Source: an uncultured Clostridia bacterium
GTDB lineage: Bacteria > Bacillota > Clostridia > Christensenellales > CAG-917
DNA length: 64,000 nt
Assembly (NCBI GenBank): GCA_944363035.1
Contig: CALVTS010000001.1
Coordinates: 691-64,690 of the forward strand
Direction of reading: 5' to 3'
Notes under the pieces: model-generated
Databases searched by the model: none
Seen by the model: the letters and a program-made list of their open reading frames with translations, nothing else
What the model was told of the DNA's origin: nothing
Part shown: positions 7,805-17,327 of the stretch, piece by piece
How the letters are laid out: every line of letters begins with the position of its first letter
How positions within the stretch are numbered: position 1 is the stretch's first letter
Translations under genes and position numbers: made by a program

Positions 7805-9193
7805 TCATGACATATTGGCAAGGTTCGGCTGTGCAAAAGCGCCGAAAAGAATTGCTCTGAGGCCGGTTTGTATTATTCCTGTCTGGCATGCCGCGTTGCG
7901 TTCGGCAATAACGCGTGCGACGTTTTCCACCTCGGCGTTCACGGCGGAGGAGATATAGGGGGCGGGATTTGCGACACAACCGTCCTCGACGCGCAGACCT
8001 CTGCCGTGGATGGTTTCGCCCGAGGGCCAATATATGAGCGCGGTGGTGAGGTGGAGCACCTCCCCTGTCCAACGGTTGGTGAAATTCTGTTGCATACAGC
8101 CTTTGCCGTAGGAACTGCCGCTTTTGAACAAAGAGGGATCGGCGCCTATATCCTCCGCGTCGTAAGAGGAGAGGAAGATGTTGCGGCGTTCCGTGACGCC
8201 GTAGTCGATAAGACATCCTACCAGCGCTTCTGATGCGCTCGCGCTGTTGCCGTTCATCATGACGTAGACTTTTGCCGAAGATGGGATATATCTGCCCTCC
8301 TCCGCCCGATAGGCGTAATATTCCCCCTCATACGCTCTGCCGCCGTAACTCATGAACATCTTGCCCGCAGACCCCTCGAAGCAGGCGGCGATGTGGCAGG
8401 CGACGTCGATATATCCGCCGCCGTTGTTTCTTAGATCCAGAATGAGGGCATCGAGCCCGAGCTCGGTGAATCTCGCGCAGGCGAGAGCGAACTGCTCCGC
8501 CGCGTTGCCGTGGAACCCCGAGAGGGAGATATACGCCGTGCCCTCGGGAAGATAGGAGATGACGTCGTCGGGAGAGGAGGTCATCGTGAGCGCGCCACTC
8601 CCCGTAAAGCTCCATGCCTCGCTGTTTGTCGCCATCAGCACATAGCTCTGGTCGTACGCCGCCGTCCTGTACTCAAAAGTCTTTTCGCGCCCCTCTCTCT
8701 CAAAGACGAAACGCGCGATATTGCCCTCCGCAGTCTCCGAAAGCGCGGCTTCCAGACTTTCGTAGGGCGCATTGACGAAATCCAGCGTCTCGCCGTCGCG
8801 GGTCTCGGCGCGAAGCACTCTGTCCCCGACGCGAACGCCGGCCTCCCATGCGGGAGAATTGCCGTTGCACAAATACACGTACGCATACCCCGCGATGACG
8901 CCCACCGAAAAGCCCGCGTTCTGCATCTCGCCCGCGTTGGAGGCGAACACCTCGGCGTATTCCTCTGCGGTATAGTAGGCGGAAAACGCGTCGAGATATT
9001 CCTCCACTATCTCGTCGGCAGACATGGATGAAGCCCCGCTAAGGTCCACTTCCTCGTAATAATAGTCGCCGATGACAGAGATCGCCCACTCGGTGGAAGT
9101 CGGCGCGGAACAAGCCGTCAGCACGCACAAGAGGAGCGCCAACGCCGCCATGACAGATAATATCTTTCTCGAACGGATGAGTTTTTCCTTCAT
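7805..9193 (-). CDS. S41-family (C-terminal processing type) peptidase lipoprotein; its last ~27 codons are derived from a MITE fragment
   Basis: S41 motifs LRNNGGGYIDVA and NGNSASASEALVG are present. I moved the start to MKEKLIRSRKILSVMAALALLLCVLTAC (lipobox) at 9193. The C-terminus ACQTGIIQTGLRAILFGAFAQPNLANMS is the translated repeat, and the same peptide appears in the spurious ORF 13159..13362. Confidence 0.8.
   Translation of the reverse strand: MKEKLIRSRKILSVMAALALLLCVLTACSAPTSTEWAISVIGDYYYEEVDLSGASSMSADEIVEEYLDAFSAYYTAEEYAEVFASNAGEMQNAGFSVGVIAGYAYVYLCNGNSPAWEAGVRVGDRVLRAETRDGETLDFVNAPYESLEAALSETAEGNIARFVFEREGREKTFEYRTAAYDQSYVLMATNSEAWSFTGSGALTMTSSPDDVISYLPEGTAYISLSGFHGNAAEQFALACARFTELGLDALILDLRNNGGGYIDVACHIAACFEGSAGKMFMSYGGRAYEGEYYAYRAEEGRYIPSSAKVYVMMNGNSASASEALVGCLIDYGVTERRNIFLSSYDAEDIGADPSLFKSGSSYGKGCMQQNFTNRWTGEVLHLTTALIYWPSGETIHGRGLRVEDGCVANPAPYISSAVNAEVENVARVIAERNAACQTGIIQTGLRAILFGAFAQPNLANMS
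7811..7888 (+). mobile_element. Truncated MITE copy (right half only) forming the 3' end of the S41 peptidase CDS
   Basis: catattggcaaggttcggctgtgcaaaagcgccgaaaagaattgctctgaggccggtttgtattattcctgtctggca aligns with the right halves of the copies at 12479-12757 and 12903-13224. Confidence 0.8.
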
Positions 9194-9414
9194 ACCCGAT
9201 ATTTTATCACCCGACGCGCCTCCAATCAACGGTTTGCGCGATTTTGAGAAACCGCCCCTCCCGCAAGTCTTCTCGCCCGAGCTTTTTCTCAACTTGCGTA
9301 TTGACACCTTACGCGTGCGACTGTAAAATGTTTTCGGGGGGAAAGGCGAGACGGCTGTCACGTTGGGCGCGGGTCTTTCCGCTGCATATTCCCTCCGACC
9401 ATCCGGAGGGGGAT

Positions 9415-10848
9415 ATGCAAAAGCTCACACATTCTTCATCTGCGGCGACAAAGACCACTCCGCTTGGCGGCAAAGTTTGGTTTTGTCTGCTCTTTTTCGG
9501 GCTCATCGGTCAAATTGCCTGGATAGTCGAAAATATGTATTTCGCCAAGTTCATGCAGGACGAATTCGTGGACGAGGCATGGGCGACCACTCTCATGGTC
9601 GCGTTTTCCGCCGTGTTCGCGACGGCGGCAACCGTGGTGATGGGCGCGATCTGCGACAAGACGGGCAAACGTTCCGTATTCGTCTCGTGGGGGTTCATAA
9701 TCTGGGGACTGACGATAATGGTCTTCGCGCTCTTCCCCATCGACTACTCCCCCGAACAACTCAAAGGACTTGTCGCGGGCATAATCATCATGGACTGCGT
9801 GATGTCCTGGGTGGGTTCTTCCGCCAACGACGCGGCTTTCAACACCTGGCTCACCGACATGACGGACACCACAAACCGCGGCAAAGCGGATACCGTGCTC
9901 TCCATGATGCCCGTGTTCGCCATGGTGGTCGTATTCATAGGGCTGGACAGCCTCACCGCCAAGGGCACCGAAAAGTGGTGGCTCTTCTTCCTCATCCTGG
10001 GCGCCATCCCCATCGTGAGCGGCATAGTCGGGCTCTTTGTCCTGAAAGATAAGCACGGGCTCCCCAAAAACACCAACCCGAATTTCGGCAAGGAACTCAT
10101 CTACGGTTTTCGTCCCTCCGTCATAAAGAAGAACAAGATGCTGTATATCGCGCTGGCAGGCTCCGGCATCGCGGGCGCGAGTATGCAGGTGTATATGTCC
10201 TATCTCATCAACTTCGTGGAGCGCACTCTCGGGATGCAGGATTACGTCATGCCTCTCGCCGTCATCATAGTTAGCTCTGCGGTGCTGGCGGGGCTCATCG
10301 GCTTTTTGATGGACAAGTTCGGCAGGAAACACTTTTTCATCCCCCTGGTCGTCGCCGCGGTCGTGGGCACGCTGGGGATATACCTCCTCAAATTCCTCGG
10401 CACTTCGGACACCGCCGCCCTCCTCGGTATGCTCATCCCCGTAGGCATAGTCACCATGACGGCGGAACTTTCGGTGAGCGGGGTGTTCGTCTCCTCCTTC
10501 CGCGACTATATACCCAAAGGCAAGGAGGGATGTTTTCAGGGAATCAGGATGTTCCTTTTCGTGCTCCTCCCGATGATAATCGGTCCCGCGATAGGCAACG
10601 CCATAATAGACTCTTCGGGTTGGTACGGCTGGTATGAGCCCATGGGCGAAGAGGTGCTCTTCTATCCGTACGAGATGTTCCTCGGCGCGGCGATCGTGGC
10701 GCTCTTCACGCTGATACCCGCCGTCATCGTCAGGAGCAAGGACGCCGAGACCCGCGCGAGACTGCTTGCCGAACGCGACTCCGACACGAAGGCGGATGGG
10801 ACGGATATCGCAGAAAACGATGTTGTGAACGCCGAAAGCGAAATGTAA
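9415..10848 (+). CDS. MFS-type transporter (paralog 1)
   Basis: About 12 hydrophobic segments, and a clear paralog of the next gene (shared GLIGQIAW(I/V)VENM(Y/F)FAKF and SSANDAAFNTW). I moved the start to MQKLTH at 9415, which has RBS ggaggggg. Confidence 0.75.
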   Translation: MQKLTHSSSAATKTTPLGGKVWFCLLFFGLIGQIAWIVENMYFAKFMQDEFVDEAWATTLMVAFSAVFATAATVVMGAICDKTGKRSVFVSWGFIIWGLTIMVFALFPIDYSPEQLKGLVAGIIIMDCVMSWVGSSANDAAFNTWLTDMTDTTNRGKADTVLSMMPVFAMVVVFIGLDSLTAKGTEKWWLFFLILGAIPIVSGIVGLFVLKDKHGLPKNTNPNFGKELIYGFRPSVIKKNKMLYIALAGSGIAGASMQVYMSYLINFVERTLGMQDYVMPLAVIIVSSAVLAGLIGFLMDKFGRKHFFIPLVVAAVVGTLGIYLLKFLGTSDTAALLGMLIPVGIVTMTAELSVSGVFVSSFRDYIPKGKEGCFQGIRMFLFVLLPMIIGPAIGNAIIDSSGWYGWYEPMGEEVLFYPYEMFLGAAIVALFTLIPAVIVRSKDAETRARLLAERDSDTKADGTDIAENDVVNAESEM

Positions 10849-10894
10849 ACGTCTGTTTTGAGAATTATCGTCCGCAAAGGACGCGAGGTGAAAC

Positions 10895-12340
10895 ATGGAA
10901 AACACAGGCATCAACACCAAACAAGGCGCGGCATTCGGCAAAAAGCTGTGGGCGTGCGCGATAATCTTCGGGCTAATCGGTCAGATAGCCTGGGTGGTGG
11001 AGAATATGTTCTTCGCCAAATTCGGGCAGGACCTCTTCGACACCCGAGGGGAACTTTACTACACCGTCACCACCCTCATGGTCATACTCTCCGCCGTGAC
11101 CGCCACGGTCACCACCATATTCGCGGGCGGGCTCATCGACAAGACGGGCAAACGCAAGCCTTTCATCACGGTGGGATATCTCCTTTGGGGCGTGACAATC
11201 ATGCTGTTTGCCGTCATCCCCATCGACTTTTCGGATGACAAAAACTGGGGCATAATCGCCGCTCTGGTCATCCTGGACTGCGTGATGACCTTCTTCGGCT
11301 CCACCGCCAACGACGCGGCTTTCAACACCTGGGTGGCGGACGTCACCAACGTCAAGAACCGCGGGCTCGTCAACACCATCCTCTCCGTCATGCCCGTCAT
11401 CGCCACGGTGCTGGTGTTCGGCATAGGGATGTTCACCTATGACAGCGGCTCCATGGTGGACGGGGTCAAAGTCCCCATCGCGATGCGCGATCCCCTCAAC
11501 ATCAAACTCTTCTTCATCATCATGGGCATATTCCCCATGGTGGGCGGCGTGCTCTCCGCGTTCATGATGAAGGACGCGCCCGGCATAATCAAAAATTCCA
11601 ACCCCGAATATCTCAAAGAGACATTCTACGGCTTCCGTCCCTCTGTCATAAAGCAGAACAAGATGATGTACGTCACTCTCGGGACGGTGTGCCTCCTTGG
11701 CATAGCTCAACAGATATTCATGTCCTATCTCATCAACTTCATCCAGAATACGCTGGGCATAAACGACTACATCATTCCCCTCGCCGTCATCATCGTGGTG
11801 GGCGCGATAATCACCGGGGTGCTTGGCGCGCTCTTTGACAAATTCGGCAGGAAAAACTTCTACTTCCCCCTGCTTGCGATACTCGTCGCGGGAGCTATCG
11901 TCGTCTATTGCATGGATTTCATGGACAGCTCGGCATACCTCCCCATCCTCATAGCGGGCGGCTCCATACTTCTCGGCGCGATACTCGCGCTTGGCGGCGC
12001 GCTGACCGCCTCCTTCCAGGACTATATCCCGAAGGGCGCGGAGGGCAGGTTCCAGGGCGTGAGGATGTGCTTCACCGTGCTCATACCCATGGCGCTGGGC
12101 ATCGGCATCGCGCAGGCGGTGGGCGTGGATTCCATGAACGTGCACGACGCGGGGCAGGTCTCCCCTCCCTTCAAGCTCTTCCTTGCCGCCGGCATAGTCG
12201 CCGCGATCGCCGCCATCCCCCTCATCTGGGTGGTGAAAGATTCCGACAGGCTCCGCCGCGACCTCATCGCGCGCAAGGCGGGAGAAGAGGAAGCGGACGC
12301 GACTCCCGAAGAGGAAAGGGCGGCGTCCGACGCGGAATGA
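10895..12340 (+). CDS. MFS-type transporter (paralog 2)
   Basis: 481 aa, with the same architecture and motifs as 9415..10848 and an acidic C-terminal tail. Confidence 0.75.
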   Translation: MENTGINTKQGAAFGKKLWACAIIFGLIGQIAWVVENMFFAKFGQDLFDTRGELYYTVTTLMVILSAVTATVTTIFAGGLIDKTGKRKPFITVGYLLWGVTIMLFAVIPIDFSDDKNWGIIAALVILDCVMTFFGSTANDAAFNTWVADVTNVKNRGLVNTILSVMPVIATVLVFGIGMFTYDSGSMVDGVKVPIAMRDPLNIKLFFIIMGIFPMVGGVLSAFMMKDAPGIIKNSNPEYLKETFYGFRPSVIKQNKMMYVTLGTVCLLGIAQQIFMSYLINFIQNTLGINDYIIPLAVIIVVGAIITGVLGALFDKFGRKNFYFPLLAILVAGAIVVYCMDFMDSSAYLPILIAGGSILLGAILALGGALTASFQDYIPKGAEGRFQGVRMCFTVLIPMALGIGIAQAVGVDSMNVHDAGQVSPPFKLFLAAGIVAAIAAIPLIWVVKDSDRLRRDLIARKAGEEEADATPEEERAASDAE

Positions 12341-12379
12341 CCTTCCGACACCTACCGAAACACACATCCGTGATAAAAA

Positions 12380-12409
12380 CGCACCGCGACCGCGGTGTGT
12401 TTTTTTTTG
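12380..12409 (+). terminator. Rho-independent terminator after the MFS pair
   Basis: caccgcg-ac-cgcggtg followed by a 9-T run. Confidence 0.8.
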
Positions 12410-12478
12410 AGACGCTATACTTTTTTTATATACAGTATCGGGTGATATCCGCCCTGTTCATCCCTCTCCGAGCGATTA

Positions 12479-12757
12479 TGCCGGAACGGAGTAATACGAA
12501 CAGGGTCCGGCGCCGCCGATTTCCGCCTGAACCGCGTCATTCGCCTTGCTAATACAGTCAAGTATTAGCTACGGCGACTTCCTTGTTCAGCCAAAAATCG
12601 GTTGGCGCGGAACTGCTCGCACCTCAGAGCAAGAGATTTTCGGATGATGTTGCACGGGCGGAACGTAGGCAATAGTATACATATTGGCAAGGTTCGGCTG
12701 TGCAAAAGCGCCGAAAAGAATTGCTCCGAGGCCGGTTCGTATTATTCCGTTCCGGCA
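12479..12757 (+). mobile_element. MITE copy 1 (279 bp), TA-flanked, no ORF
   Basis: TIRs are tgccggaacggagtaatacgaac and gttcgtattattccgttccggca, with TA at 12477-78 and 12758-59. Internal hairpins are ggttcag..ctgaacc and gctaatac-agtcaa-gtattagc. The 21-nt core lies at 12671-12691. Confidence 0.8.
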
Positions 12758-12902
12758 TATGGTTGAAACCCCATATGCTCGTAAAAGCCCACCGCGACGC
12801 GCGCCTTCCTGCCCCTTACGGCAGGGAAAAAGAGGGCGAAGAATATCGCCGCATAGTATCCCAGCGCATACGGCAGAAGTTTTGCCAGTTCTCTGCCCGC
12901 TA

Positions 12903-13224
12903 TGCCAGACAGGAATAATACGAACCAGGTTCAGCGCCGCCGATTTCCGCCTGAACCGCGTCATTCGCCTTGCTAATACAGTCAAGTATTAGCTACAGCG
13001 ACTTTTACCCCAACTGAAAATCATAGATTTTCACTCGGGGACCCCGAAATTGCTCAGCCAAAAATCGGTTGGCGCGGAACTGCTCGCACCTCAGAGCAAA
13101 AGATTTTCGGATGATGTTGCACGGGCGGAACGCAGACAATAGTATACATATTGTCAAGTTACGGCTGTGCAAAAGCGCCGAAAAGAATTGCTCCGAGGCC
13201 GGTTTGTATTATTCCGGTCTGGCA
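12903..13224 (+). mobile_element. MITE copy 2 (322 bp, carries a ~43-bp internal insertion), TA-flanked
   Basis: TIRs are tgccagacaggaataatacgaacc and ggtttgtattattccggtctggca, with TA at 12901-02 and 13225-26. It is collinear with copy 1. The core variant aatagtatacatattgtcaag lies at 13138-13158. Confidence 0.8.
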
Positions 13225-13429
13225 TAGTAAAGCAAGGGCACGAACGCCGCCACGACCGCCTCTGCGGCGAGAGTCGCGCGATGGGTCATAAATTCCGAAA
13301 ATGAAAGTCTGCGAGCCATTTTCCCCCTCCGTTTGCCGACAAGATGCGACAAATGTCGGCAAGAGGATTATAGCCCGCAGTCTACCCTTTCGTCGAGACC
13401 GCCCGACGCGTCTGCGTCGGGCGGGAAAC

Positions 13430-14860
13430 TCATTTCAGTCTGCCGAGCCCCAATGAATAGGGCTGGGATCTGCCTATCTCCTTGCGGGTCATGCCGTCGA
13501 GGATCTCTATGCACCTGACAAAGGTGTGCAACTGCTCGTACATCAACCCGAGGTCGAATTTGTCCATATGCGCCTTCCCCGTCCTGTCCACGGAACACAG
13601 ATAATCGGGCGCGGTGACGAGAGCTATCTCGGGGATATGCTTTTTGGAAAGGGGCTGTCCCTCGCCGAAGTGCATGGTGTTGTGCCCGCGCAGAGTCATG
13701 GTGCGGATGCGATCCCTTTCCTTCGCCGCCTTGTAATATACCTCGTCCATGCGCTTGTTGCCCGTATAGACCAACTCTGTGTCTATGTCGTTGGTCTTGG
13801 TATAAACGCCGTCGACATCCTTCCATTCCGTGCAACCGAGGTGCTCCACCGAACATCCCGCGACCGCTTTCAGGCGTTTCCCGTTCCAAAGCTCCGGGAA
13901 ATCTTTGAGCCACCTGCCCGTCGCCTGATTGGAGGTCATGAGCCCCACGCGGAAGACGGGGAGACGGAAGTGTCCCGTAACAAAGACGAACACAAGGTCT
14001 CTCACGGGAGGATGCGCCTTGAACCAGCGCATGATCTCCAACATCCCGACGCCGCCGTTCTCTTCGGAGAAATTGCACCCGTCGGTGTGCGTGTTGACGA
14101 TGATGCACTCCCCCGTGTTTCCCGTGCCCTTTATCACGGCGTGGAAGGACTGCGTCCTTGCGTCCTTTTCCGTCTCGCCCACGAGGCGCAGGGTCGCGCT
14201 CTTTTTCGCCTTCGCGGCGGCGAGCACCTTTTTGCCCTCCGTCTCGTTCACCCACAGCACGGGGACTTTGAGATATCCGAGTATGAAATTGAGGCATTGC
14301 CCGTCCACCATCGCGTCGGACATATCCTCCCATATGCACACCATGCCCTTCACCCCGGTGAGTTTGAGGGACCAGAACGTGAGCAAAGTCTTGACGAAAG
14401 AGGTGCTCACCGGACCGCGGTAGCTCTTCTCCACCTCGAGGTCGGCGGGGATGGATCTCCTCTTGTTGAACGCCACCCTGCTGCTTATCGCAGAGAGGTT
14501 CTTTATGCGGCACACCGCTATCTTCCCGCGGGCGCGTTGGAAATCCAAGGGGTTGTTGCACACTTTCACGAGCCTGCCGCTCACCCCCTCCTCCCCGGTG
14601 AGCCCGCTGTAATGGAAGGGGGATGACACCTCTATGTTTTCGCCGTCCACGGTGAGAGACCATTCCTTTGCGCCCCACCTGTCAAAGCGATACACCTTTG
14701 TGGTGACGGGGATGCCCATCGCCTTGATCTCGCTTTTCAGCCATTCGCAGAACTCCCACTGCCCGCGTGTGCCCGTGAGACGGTCGCCGAAGGAATTCAT
14801 CTTGTTCATGTTTTGCATCACCCTTTCGGCGGAGGTGACTTCGTTGAGAAACAGTTGCAT
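13430..14860 (-). CDS. Conserved hypothetical protein, possibly an M28/PA-domain-like metallopeptidase relative
   Basis: The long ORF has ordinary amino-acid composition. NTHTDGCNFSEENGGVGMLE and VTGHF resemble the metal-ligand motifs of M28/M20 peptidases, which is a weak assignment. I moved the start to Met18 (MQLFLNEV) at 14860, after gggggg. Confidence 0.45.
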   Translation of the reverse strand: MQLFLNEVTSAERVMQNMNKMNSFGDRLTGTRGQWEFCEWLKSEIKAMGIPVTTKVYRFDRWGAKEWSLTVDGENIEVSSPFHYSGLTGEEGVSGRLVKVCNNPLDFQRARGKIAVCRIKNLSAISSRVAFNKRRSIPADLEVEKSYRGPVSTSFVKTLLTFWSLKLTGVKGMVCIWEDMSDAMVDGQCLNFILGYLKVPVLWVNETEGKKVLAAAKAKKSATLRLVGETEKDARTQSFHAVIKGTGNTGECIIVNTHTDGCNFSEENGGVGMLEIMRWFKAHPPVRDLVFVFVTGHFRLPVFRVGLMTSNQATGRWLKDFPELWNGKRLKAVAGCSVEHLGCTEWKDVDGVYTKTNDIDTELVYTGNKRMDEVYYKAAKERDRIRTMTLRGHNTMHFGEGQPLSKKHIPEIALVTAPDYLCSVDRTGKAHMDKFDLGLMYEQLHTFVRCIEILDGMTRKEIGRSQPYSLGLGRLK

Positions 14861-15011
14861 CGTTTTCCCCCCTGTTGAGCGTTTATTTATATTATACTCC
14901 CGCAGCACCATAAGTCAATATGCGGCGATATTTACGCCGAAAATAAACTTTCTCTGTCAAAAACGGATATATCAACATACGGAACGTGCAAATATATACG
15001 GAGCGAGGAGA

Positions 15012-15040
15012 GAAAAAAACGGAGCGGCTCCAGCCGCTCC
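15012..15040 (-). terminator. Rho-independent terminator after metA
   Basis: ggagcggct-cc-agccgctcc, with a T-run on the minus strand (the plus strand reads gaaaaaaac). Confidence 0.75.
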
Positions 15041-15056
15041 GCCGTGTTTCTTCCTG

Positions 15057-15977
15057 TCAGCCAATGCCCACTTCGTGTATCTTGAAGGGCGTGACCTGAT
15101 AGACGTAATAGTTGAGCCAGTTGTAAAACAGCAGATTCGCCGTAGAGCGCCATTTCATATCCACTATGCCCAGCTCTTCGTTGACGAAATAGTTCTTGGG
15201 AGGGTCTATGGCGAGCCCTCTCTCGCGGTCGCGGTCGTACTCCTTTTTCAGGGTGAAACGGTCGTATTCGGCGTGCCCCGTGAAGAAGAACATCCTATTA
15301 TCGTGCGTCTTGGCGATGGAGATGCCCGCCTCCGGCGAGAATGCCAGCACCTTGATGTCGGGACAGGCGCGCACCGCGTCCTCGTCCACTCTGGTGTGGC
15401 GGGAGTGCGGGATATAGAATGTGTCGTCCATGCCTTTGAGGAGCATATCGTTCTCCTGCATGGCGTGGGTGGCGAACACCCCGAAGAGCTTTTTGTCCAA
15501 AAGCTGTTTGCCTATCCCCCAAAAGTGGTACATCGCCGCCTGCGCCCCCCAGCAGATATATATGGTGCTGGTGACGTTCTCGCGGGCAAATTCCATGATC
15601 TCCACCAATTCGTTCCAGTACTTGACGTCCTCGAATGGTATGGTCTCGACGGGCGCGCCCGTCACTATCATGCCGTCGAACTTCATCTTTTTGACTTCCG
15701 AGAGGGTGCGGTAGAACTTCTGCATATGCGCCTCCGAGACGTGCGTGCTCTTGTAGCTCGCCGTCCCGATGAGGTGGATGTTCACCTGCAACGGCGTATT
15801 GCCGAGAAGACGCATGAGCTGCGTCTCGGTCACCTCTTTGGTGGGCATGAGATTGACTATCGCCACTTCCAGCGGACGGATATCCTGCGTGACGGCGCGT
15901 ACGGAATCCATCACGAATATCTTTTCGCTCCGCAGATTGGCGTAAGCCGGGATGTCTTTGGGGATGATGATGGGCAT
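15057..15977 (-). CDS. metA: Homoserine O-acyltransferase (MetA family)
   Basis: 306 aa. MPIIIPKDIPAYANLRSEKIFVM...IRPLEVAIVNLMPTK is the typical MetA N-terminus. Confidence 0.9.
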   Translation of the reverse strand: MPIIIPKDIPAYANLRSEKIFVMDSVRAVTQDIRPLEVAIVNLMPTKEVTETQLMRLLGNTPLQVNIHLIGTASYKSTHVSEAHMQKFYRTLSEVKKMKFDGMIVTGAPVETIPFEDVKYWNELVEIMEFARENVTSTIYICWGAQAAMYHFWGIGKQLLDKKLFGVFATHAMQENDMLLKGMDDTFYIPHSRHTRVDEDAVRACPDIKVLAFSPEAGISIAKTHDNRMFFFTGHAEYDRFTLKKEYDRDRERGLAIDPPKNYFVNEELGIVDMKWRSTANLLFYNWLNYYVYQVTPFKIHEVGIG

Positions 15978-16012
15978 TTTGCCTCCTGTATCCGCCCGAA
16001 GCGGACGGGGTC

Positions 16013-17299
16013 TTACGCCTTGTGCGCGGCTTCGAGAGCCTGTTTCACGTCGGCGATGAGGTCGTCTGCGTTCTCGATGCCGCAGGACAGCCTGACGAGG
16101 TCGGGCGACACGCCGCAGGCGGCGAGCTCGGCGTCCGTCATCTGACGGTGGGTGGAGCTTGCGGGATGCAGACAGCAGGATCTGGCGTCCGCGACATGGG
16201 TCTCTATCGCGATGAGACGGAGATGCTTCATGAACTCTTCAGCCGCTTTGCGCCCTCCTTTGACGGTGAAGCTCACCACGCCGCAGGAGCCGTTCGGCAG
16301 ATATTTTTTTGCCACTTCGTGATATTTGTCCCCCGGCAGGTCGCAGTAAGTGACGTGGGAGACGTGCTCGCTTTCCGAAAGGAAACGCGCCATGGCAAGC
16401 CCGTTTTCGCAATGCCTCTTCATGCGGACGTGCAGGCTCTCCAAACCGAGGTTGAGCAAAAACGCGTTCTGCGGGGACTGTATCGCCCCGAAATCGCGCA
16501 TGAGCTGAGCGGTGGCTTTGGTGATGAAAGCGCCCTCGAGCCCGAACCTCTCGGTGTAAGTCACGCCGTGATAGCTCTCATCGGGGGTGCAAAGCCCGGG
16601 ATACTTGTCGGGATACTTTGTCCAGTCGAACTTGCCGCTGTCCACGATACAGCCGCCCACCGCCGCGCCGTGCCCGTCCATATACTTGGTGGTGGAATGG
16701 GTCACGATGTCCGCGCCCCATTCGAAGGGACGGCAGTTGACGGGAGTGGCAAAAGTGTTGTCCACGATGAGGGGCACTCCGTGGGAATGCGCCGCTTTTG
16801 CGAACTTCTCGATGTCCAGCACCGTGAGCGCGGGATTGGCGATGGTCTCGCCGAACACCGCCTTGGTGTTGGGACGGAAGGCGGCGTCGAGCTCCTCTTC
16901 GCTCGCGTCGGGCGCGACGAAAGTGAAATCTATCCCCATGCGCTTCATGGTGACGGAAAAGAGGTTGAAGGTGCCTCCGTATATGGTGGAGCTTGCGACG
17001 ACGTGATCGCCCGCGCTCGCTATATTGAACACCGCAAAGAAGTTGGCGGCTTGCCCCGAGGAGGTGAGCATGGCGGCGGTGCCTCCTTCGAGGGCGCATA
17101 TCTTTGCCGCCACCGTATCGTTGGTGGGGTTCTGCAATCTGGTGTAGAAATAGCCCGACGCTTCCAGATCGAAGAGCTTCGCCATGGCTTCGCTGGTCTC
17201 GTAACGGAAGGTCGTGCTCTGCACGATGGGTATCTGCCTGGGCTCACCGTTTGCGGGGGTGTAGCCGCCTTGTACGCATAAAGTCTCGATCTTGCTCAT
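16013..17299 (-). CDS. metY: O-acetylhomoserine aminocarboxypropyltransferase / sulfhydrylase (PLP-dependent)
   Basis: 428 aa, with FYTRLQNPTNDTV and the PLP-lysine motif HSTTKYMDGHG. Confidence 0.9.
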   Translation of the reverse strand: MSKIETLCVQGGYTPANGEPRQIPIVQSTTFRYETSEAMAKLFDLEASGYFYTRLQNPTNDTVAAKICALEGGTAAMLTSSGQAANFFAVFNIASAGDHVVASSTIYGGTFNLFSVTMKRMGIDFTFVAPDASEEELDAAFRPNTKAVFGETIANPALTVLDIEKFAKAAHSHGVPLIVDNTFATPVNCRPFEWGADIVTHSTTKYMDGHGAAVGGCIVDSGKFDWTKYPDKYPGLCTPDESYHGVTYTERFGLEGAFITKATAQLMRDFGAIQSPQNAFLLNLGLESLHVRMKRHCENGLAMARFLSESEHVSHVTYCDLPGDKYHEVAKKYLPNGSCGVVSFTVKGGRKAAEEFMKHLRLIAIETHVADARSCCLHPASSTHRQMTDAELAACGVSPDLVRLSCGIENADDLIADVKQALEAAHKA

Positions 17300-17327
17300 A
17301 TAAAACTCCTTTTCCGCAGATCACGGA

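Noticed and set aside
12587-13362. ORFs within and between the MITE copies (12587..12985, 12684..12992, 12700..12918, 13159..13362) as real genes
   Set aside because: Their sequences are translated repeat (CQTGIIQTGLGAILFGAFAQP, RFGCAKAPKRIAPRPVRIIP), recurring wherever the MITE occurs. Only the possibility of an interrupted short host ORF is kept, as a low-confidence note in the MITE finding.
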